Virus record (IMG/VR): IMGVR_UViG_3300033124_000584
From: a virus
Direction: 5' to 3' (one strand)
Length of the DNA: 64,000 nucleotides
Shown here: positions 59,443 to 64,000 of the stretch, in pieces
Position numbering within the stretch: the stretch's first letter is position 1
Layout: every line of letters begins with the position of its first letter
Notes under the pieces: generated by a model
What the model was told of the DNA's origin: nothing
The model's database searches: none
Seen by the model: the letters and a program-made list of their open reading frames with translations, nothing else
Made by a program: the position numbers and the translations under genes

Positions 59443-60632
59443 AAAAAGTAGCAATGATTGGTGTGGGTAAATTGGGCCAAGACTGTGCAGAAGTAATGGC
59501 AGAAGCAGGAAATAATGTAGTTGGATATGATGTTGAACCTAGACTTCCAATGTTCCCTATGAAGGATACGATTGAGGAAGCAGTTAAAGACAGAGACTTA
59601 ATTTTTATTGCGGCCCCTACCCCGCATGACCCAATATATGGAGGTGAGACCCCTACTAGTCATTTACCTAATAAAGATTTTGACTATACAATAGTTACTA
59701 ACATTTTAAAAGAAGTCAATAAGCATGTTAATAAAAGTCAATTGGTTGTCCTCATTAGTACCGTGCTACCCGGAACAGTTCGCAACATCTTAGAACCTTG
59801 TATCACTAATGCAAGATTCATTTACAACCCTTACTTAATCGCTATGGGTACCGTAAAATGGGATATGGTTAACCCAGAAATGGTAATCATAGGTACAGAA
59901 GATGGTAGCATTACTGGTGACGCTAGTGAACTAATTGACTTTTATAAACAATTTATGCAGAACGACCCTCGATATGAAATTGGTACTTGGGACGAAGCAG
60001 AAGCAATTAAAATATTTTATAACACTTTTATTAGTACAAAAATTGCGTTAGTTAATATGATACAAGATGTTGCTGAAACAAACGGCAATATGAATGTTGA
60101 TGTTGTCACTAACGCATTAGCAAAATCAACACATAGGATAATGGGCCCTGCATATATGATAGCGGGATTAGGGGATGCAGGAGCATGTCATCCTAGAGAT
60201 AATATTGCACTACGTTACCTAGCAGACAGATTAGATTTGGGTTATGATTTGTTTGATGCAATTATGACAGCCAGAGAAAAACAAGCAGAACGTATGGCAT
60301 TAAAATGTTTAACGTATGGTAAAAATGTTACTATAGTGGGTAAAGCATACAAACCAAAAGTTCCATATATCAATGGTTCTGCTAGCATGTTAGTAGGGTA
60401 CTATGTTGAAAAACATGGTGGCACAGTTAACTACTATGATATACATACAGGTGATTTGGATTTAAAATCAGAATGGACTAATGTATATCTAATAGGGTAT
60501 TGGGAAGAATACGTGTCTAACTTATTATTTAATATAAATTCAACTGTAATTGATCCGTGGAGAAAACTCACAAGTAAACAATTCATGGGTAACATCGTAC
60601 ATTATGGAAATACCAGACGTAATACAATTTAA
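59439..60632 (+). CDS. Nucleotide-sugar 6-dehydrogenase (UDP-glucose/GDP-mannose dehydrogenase family)
   Basis: MIGVGKLG, IAAPTP, STVLPGT, YNPY, EAEAIKIFYNTFISTKI, and GDAGACHPRD (catalytic Cys), GKAYKP. Confidence 0.92.
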   Translation: MKKVAMIGVGKLGQDCAEVMAEAGNNVVGYDVEPRLPMFPMKDTIEEAVKDRDLIFIAAPTPHDPIYGGETPTSHLPNKDFDYTIVTNILKEVNKHVNKSQLVVLISTVLPGTVRNILEPCITNARFIYNPYLIAMGTVKWDMVNPEMVIIGTEDGSITGDASELIDFYKQFMQNDPRYEIGTWDEAEAIKIFYNTFISTKIALVNMIQDVAETNGNMNVDVVTNALAKSTHRIMGPAYMIAGLGDAGACHPRDNIALRYLADRLDLGYDLFDAIMTAREKQAERMALKCLTYGKNVTIVGKAYKPKVPYINGSASMLVGYYVEKHGGTVNYYDIHTGDLDLKSEWTNVYLIGYWEEYVSNLLFNINSTVIDPWRKLTSKQFMGNIVHYGNTRRNTI

Positions 60633-61785
60633 ATACGGTGAAGTATATCCATCTGAACATGTATTGTATTCGATGCGTGAACAAACGTTTAATATTTGGA
60701 CTGATCTAAGAAATCATGCTAAATCTATTCATGTAATATACGCCGGCGCCAACTCAGACTATGCATTTTTTCGCCGATCTAAATTTGGGGTAGAAGCAGA
60801 AATCAGAGAAGAATACAATAAAGGCAAACGAAACTTTGTGTTTCAATGTCTTGCAGAAGGAATGATGGTAGATAATATACTACTGATTGATGATGTTATG
60901 GATTCATTATCAGATATTTTATCTAATATTGCGGTCTTCTATGTTACATCAGATCATTGTGGAGATCAATCATATATAAACATATGTAATAAACATTACA
61001 GATTAAATCGAATTAATATATTAGCAGGTGCTGGATTTGAATTTGGTTCTAAAAGTTTTTTAAGTTTTGCTAAAGAATATGTACCAGGACATAGATTAAA
61101 AAAGTTTTTATGTTTTAATAAAGTTACTAGGCAACATAGAATTAATCTGTTAGAAAAACTACTGAGACTTAATTTGGTTGATACAGCATATTATTCCTTT
61201 AATATTGAACCTGACAACTTGAATGTATTAAAGAATGATAGTAGAGGAACATTTGATGAAATTATAAAAATAGAAAATAAACTCCCATTAACGTTAAACA
61301 TGACACTGGAAAGAAACAATCCGGTAGATGTGAGATTGGATGATTTATCATATTTTGATAATTCTTATTTTTCTGTAGTAACAGAAACTTTATTTTATAA
61401 CCTAGATAATAGGAAATCGAATGAACTCTATATGAACGTAATTGATACGTATCCGGGTGTATTTTTTAGTGAAAAGATATATAAGTGTTTGGCTTTAAAG
61501 CATCCTTTTGTGTTGGTATCTACTTATGGGTCTTTGGCTGAATTAAGAAAACGTGGATATAAAACATTTTATCCATATATTGATGAATCATATGATGATA
61601 TCAAGGATGATGATTCCCGATTAAATACAATTACTAATGAAATAAATAGACTGTGTAAGTTGTCTTCGGAAGAATGGATTCAATTTACATCTAATATAAA
61701 AGAAATTGTAGACCATAATTTCATTCATTTTAGTAACACTACTGACTTTCGAATAACCAAAAACGTAGTAAGTATGCTTAAATGA
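60604..61785 (+). CDS. Putative glycosyltransferase (GT10-like family paralog)
   Basis: FLCFNKVTRQHR; SVVTETLFY...FFSEKIYK..ALKHPFV...GYKTFYPYIDESYD; first ATG 60604 preferred over the track start 60550. Confidence 0.55.
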   Translation: MEIPDVIQFKYGEVYPSEHVLYSMREQTFNIWTDLRNHAKSIHVIYAGANSDYAFFRRSKFGVEAEIREEYNKGKRNFVFQCLAEGMMVDNILLIDDVMDSLSDILSNIAVFYVTSDHCGDQSYINICNKHYRLNRINILAGAGFEFGSKSFLSFAKEYVPGHRLKKFLCFNKVTRQHRINLLEKLLRLNLVDTAYYSFNIEPDNLNVLKNDSRGTFDEIIKIENKLPLTLNMTLERNNPVDVRLDDLSYFDNSYFSVVTETLFYNLDNRKSNELYMNVIDTYPGVFFSEKIYKCLALKHPFVLVSTYGSLAELRKRGYKTFYPYIDESYDDIKDDDSRLNTITNEINRLCKLSSEEWIQFTSNIKEIVDHNFIHFSNTTDFRITKNVVSMLK

Positions 61786-61817
61786 GTGTATAATTATAAA
61801 AATAAAGGAGTTACCCG

Positions 61818-64000
61818 TTGGAATCTAACATCACGCTATCAGATGCGGATCAAGTAATTAAAGGAAAAGTTGTTTTAAAAGAAAGACCTACCTCTGATAT
61901 TGCAGACGAACGACACAAAGCAATGATGGATGCTATTGCTCCTTACGCAAAAAAATCTGTACAAAAAAACTTAACTCCTGTTTATGTAGATTACAAAACA
62001 CGCAACACTAAGATGGTATTAGTATTGTGCCCTGAATGGTCCCCGTACATGCCGCCTTTCTCATTGGCAAAATTATCTGGCATTGCTAAGGCATCAGGAT
62101 ATGAAACAACAATCATGGATTTAAATGTTAGAGCTTTTAATGCTCATAAAAATGATTGGATTCCAAATAAAAAACTCCCGTTTAGACTATGGGATCCTGC
62201 CGCATCATGGCATTGGTTAGGTGATACTTACGCCAAAGATATTCACCCGGTACTTGAACCTTTATTATCACAAGCAATTGATGAAATCGTAGCATTAAAA
62301 CCTGATGTTGTTGGCTTTAGTGTTTATTATATTAGTGAAGAACCAACTAAATGGATGTGCCAAGAATTAAAACGTAGATTACCTAACGTAAAAATTGCAG
62401 TAGGTGGACCTAATGTACACAAACACTGGTTTGCAATTCACGAATACTATGATTATGTTATTGTGGGTGAAGGGGAAAATAATCTATTAGTCATGCTTGA
62501 CGAAATTGAAGAAAAGACAGAAGTTCAGTATCCACGTGTATTAACTCAACCTGAAGACCAGCGTATTAATATTAATAATCTGCCTATGCCGGATTATGAA
62601 AGTATTGACTTTTCACAGTATGAAATTCCAAACGGGATCAATAGTGAAATTAGTCGAGGATGTACTGCTAAATGCACATTCTGTGAAGAAACACATTTCT
62701 GGAAGTATCGGCAACGTCAAGCAGTTGACTTGATTACTGAAGTCGAATGGCTTTATTATAATAAAGGTACTAATATTATTTGGTTCATCGATAGTCTTAT
62801 TAATGGTAATATAAATGAGTTAAGAGCCTTTGCATTAGCACTTAAAGAAAAGAAATTGAAAGTTAAATTTGCAGGGTATGCACGACATGATGGTCGTATG
62901 GATAGGGCATACTTACAAGATTTAGCGGACGGCGGTGCCCTGCGATTTAACTTTGGTAGTGAGTCCGGAAGCCAAAAAGTATTAGATGATATGGCTAAAG
63001 GTGTTACTATCAAAGAGATGGAACAAAACTTTATTGATTGTAAAGAGCTTAATATTGGTTGCGACACTAATTGGATTGTGGGTTTTTCTACAGAAGAATT
63101 ACAAGACTATTCAGATACAATGACACTACAATGGCGTATGCGTGACAGCATTCATAATATGGGGTTAGGTGTTGGATTTGCAGTTGGCCCAGAAACTATT
63201 GCCGGACAGAATCCACATAAGTTTAATGTTAGTTATCAAAAATATCAAGGTCATTGGATTACACAGGATTTGAGTAAGGGAGGCACACACTTAATGGTGC
63301 GTGTAAAAAATATTCATATTTGGGCAGATAATATGGCACATTGTAAAGATGGCCCGCCTATCACTTATCCTATTCGTTTTTCATTGGCTAAAGACCACTA
63401 TAAAATTAAATTCAATAATCCTGAATGTCGTAAAGAAATGAATTATGAAAAGTTTGATTATAATATCATACCACCAGTTGATCCTAACAATAAATTTGCA
63501 AATCAGTTAGTTAACGAAGTTTGGCCATTACTAAGAAATTTATGGAGAGCAAGAGGCGGATATGAAACAGAAATACATTATAATCCTGAGATTGATTTAA
63601 AAGAATTTGGTACACAATTTGGCCCGGGAATGTTTACTGCTGTTTATAAATTTAAAATTGATGATGATGGTAAGTGGGAAGCAGATTTTGATATGCATTT
63701 TAATCAAAATGTAGATAACCCAGAAGATAATAGATTGCCTCCGCCGGAAGGTCGTAAAGGTCCATTCTACGCACAGGATTATTCAAGGGCGCAGTCAAAC
63801 ACTGTTAAACGTGCAAGAAAATTAGCAAAGCCAAAGTGGTCAGATGAAGAAGGTCGTAGTGGGCAGGACTTTACTGATTTATTAAATGAAGAAGAATATT
63901 TGAATAAAAATGTTGACTTCTCATTCAATTTACATTATCAAGGAACGGGTGATTGGAGTAACTATAGAGATTACGAGATAAGAGTATCTGATAAAAAACG
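61818..64000 (+). CDS. Cobalamin-binding (class B-type) radical SAM enzyme 2 (3' end truncated by the window)
   Basis: Not in the ORF track (no in-window stop). TTG start 7 nt after SD AAGGAG; hand translation gives MPPFSLAKL...PDVVGFSVYY...IAVGGP...GEGE, EISRGCTAKCTFCEE (Cys at 62661), WFIDSLING, FGSESGSQKVL; open to 64000. Confidence 0.9.
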   Translation, partial: MESNITLSDADQVIKGKVVLKERPTSDIADERHKAMMDAIAPYAKKSVQKNLTPVYVDYKTRNTKMVLVLCPEWSPYMPPFSLAKLSGIAKASGYETTIMDLNVRAFNAHKNDWIPNKKLPFRLWDPAASWHWLGDTYAKDIHPVLEPLLSQAIDEIVALKPDVVGFSVYYISEEPTKWMCQELKRRLPNVKIAVGGPNVHKHWFAIHEYYDYVIVGEGENNLLVMLDEIEEKTEVQYPRVLTQPEDQRININNLPMPDYESIDFSQYEIPNGINSEISRGCTAKCTFCEETHFWKYRQRQAVDLITEVEWLYYNKGTNIIWFIDSLINGNINELRAFALALKEKKLKVKFAGYARHDGRMDRAYLQDLADGGALRFNFGSESGSQKVLDDMAKGVTIKEMEQNFIDCKELNIGCDTNWIVGFSTEELQDYSDTMTLQWRMRDSIHNMGLGVGFAVGPETIAGQNPHKFNVSYQKYQGHWITQDLSKGGTHLMVRVKNIHIWADNMAHCKDGPPITYPIRFSLAKDHYKIKFNNPECRKEMNYEKFDYNIIPPVDPNNKFANQLVNEVWPLLRNLWRARGGYETEIHYNPEIDLKEFGTQFGPGMFTAVYKFKIDDDGKWEADFDMHFNQNVDNPEDNRLPPPEGRKGPFYAQDYSRAQSNTVKRARKLAKPKWSDEEGRSGQDFTDLLNEEEYLNKNVDFSFNLHYQGTGDWSNYRDYEIRVSDKK

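Noticed and set aside
61786-61800. Sigma70 promoter (TATAAT) before the last gene
   Set aside because: No matching -35 or extended -10, and TATAAT is common in AT-rich DNA.
1-64000. tRNA, rRNA, integrase or transposase genes
   Set aside because: Intergenic gaps are mostly under 55 nt and none shows a cloverleaf; no ORF has recombinase or transposase motifs.

Overview
A 64-kb segment of a large, AT-rich, T4-related (contractile-tailed, probably jumbo) phage genome read in the standard genetic code. There are three blocks. (1) 1-5133, minus strand: a gp55-like late sigma factor, a stray glycosyltransferase-like gene, gp47 (Mre11-like) and gp46 (Rad50-like, cut by the window edge). (2) 5261-41079, plus strand: a baseplate/tail module with a tube-like protein carrying long repeats, gp53-like, hub, gp5/VgrG-like spike with a long extension, gp25, gp6, a 6465-aa repeat-rich wedge/fibre protein, an auto-chaperoned fibre and two paralogous fibre-like genes, the second frameshifted. 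Several of these genes are preceded by a (G/C)ATAAATA late-promoter-like motif. (3) 41128-64000, plus strand: a tightly coupled block of 21 genes (the last truncated) comprising 3 GT-A-like and 5 GT10/GT-B-like putative glycosyltransferases, 5 twitch-type radical SAM enzymes, 2 cobalamin-binding radical SAM enzymes, a GDP-mannose 3,5-epimerase-like enzyme, a nucleotide-sugar dehydrogenase, 2 SGNH-like proteins and 2 small hypotheticals. Block 3 is the best candidate for an undescribed system: a phage-encoded pathway to build, radically modify and transfer unusual glycans, possibly onto the adjacent tail proteins. Other signals are a context-specific excess of CCGG, matched duplications in both arms of the Rad50 coiled coil, and an 11-aa motif shared by two baseplate proteins. 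All family calls come from motif recognition by eye, not database searches. No tRNA, rRNA, CRISPR array or mobile element was recognised.
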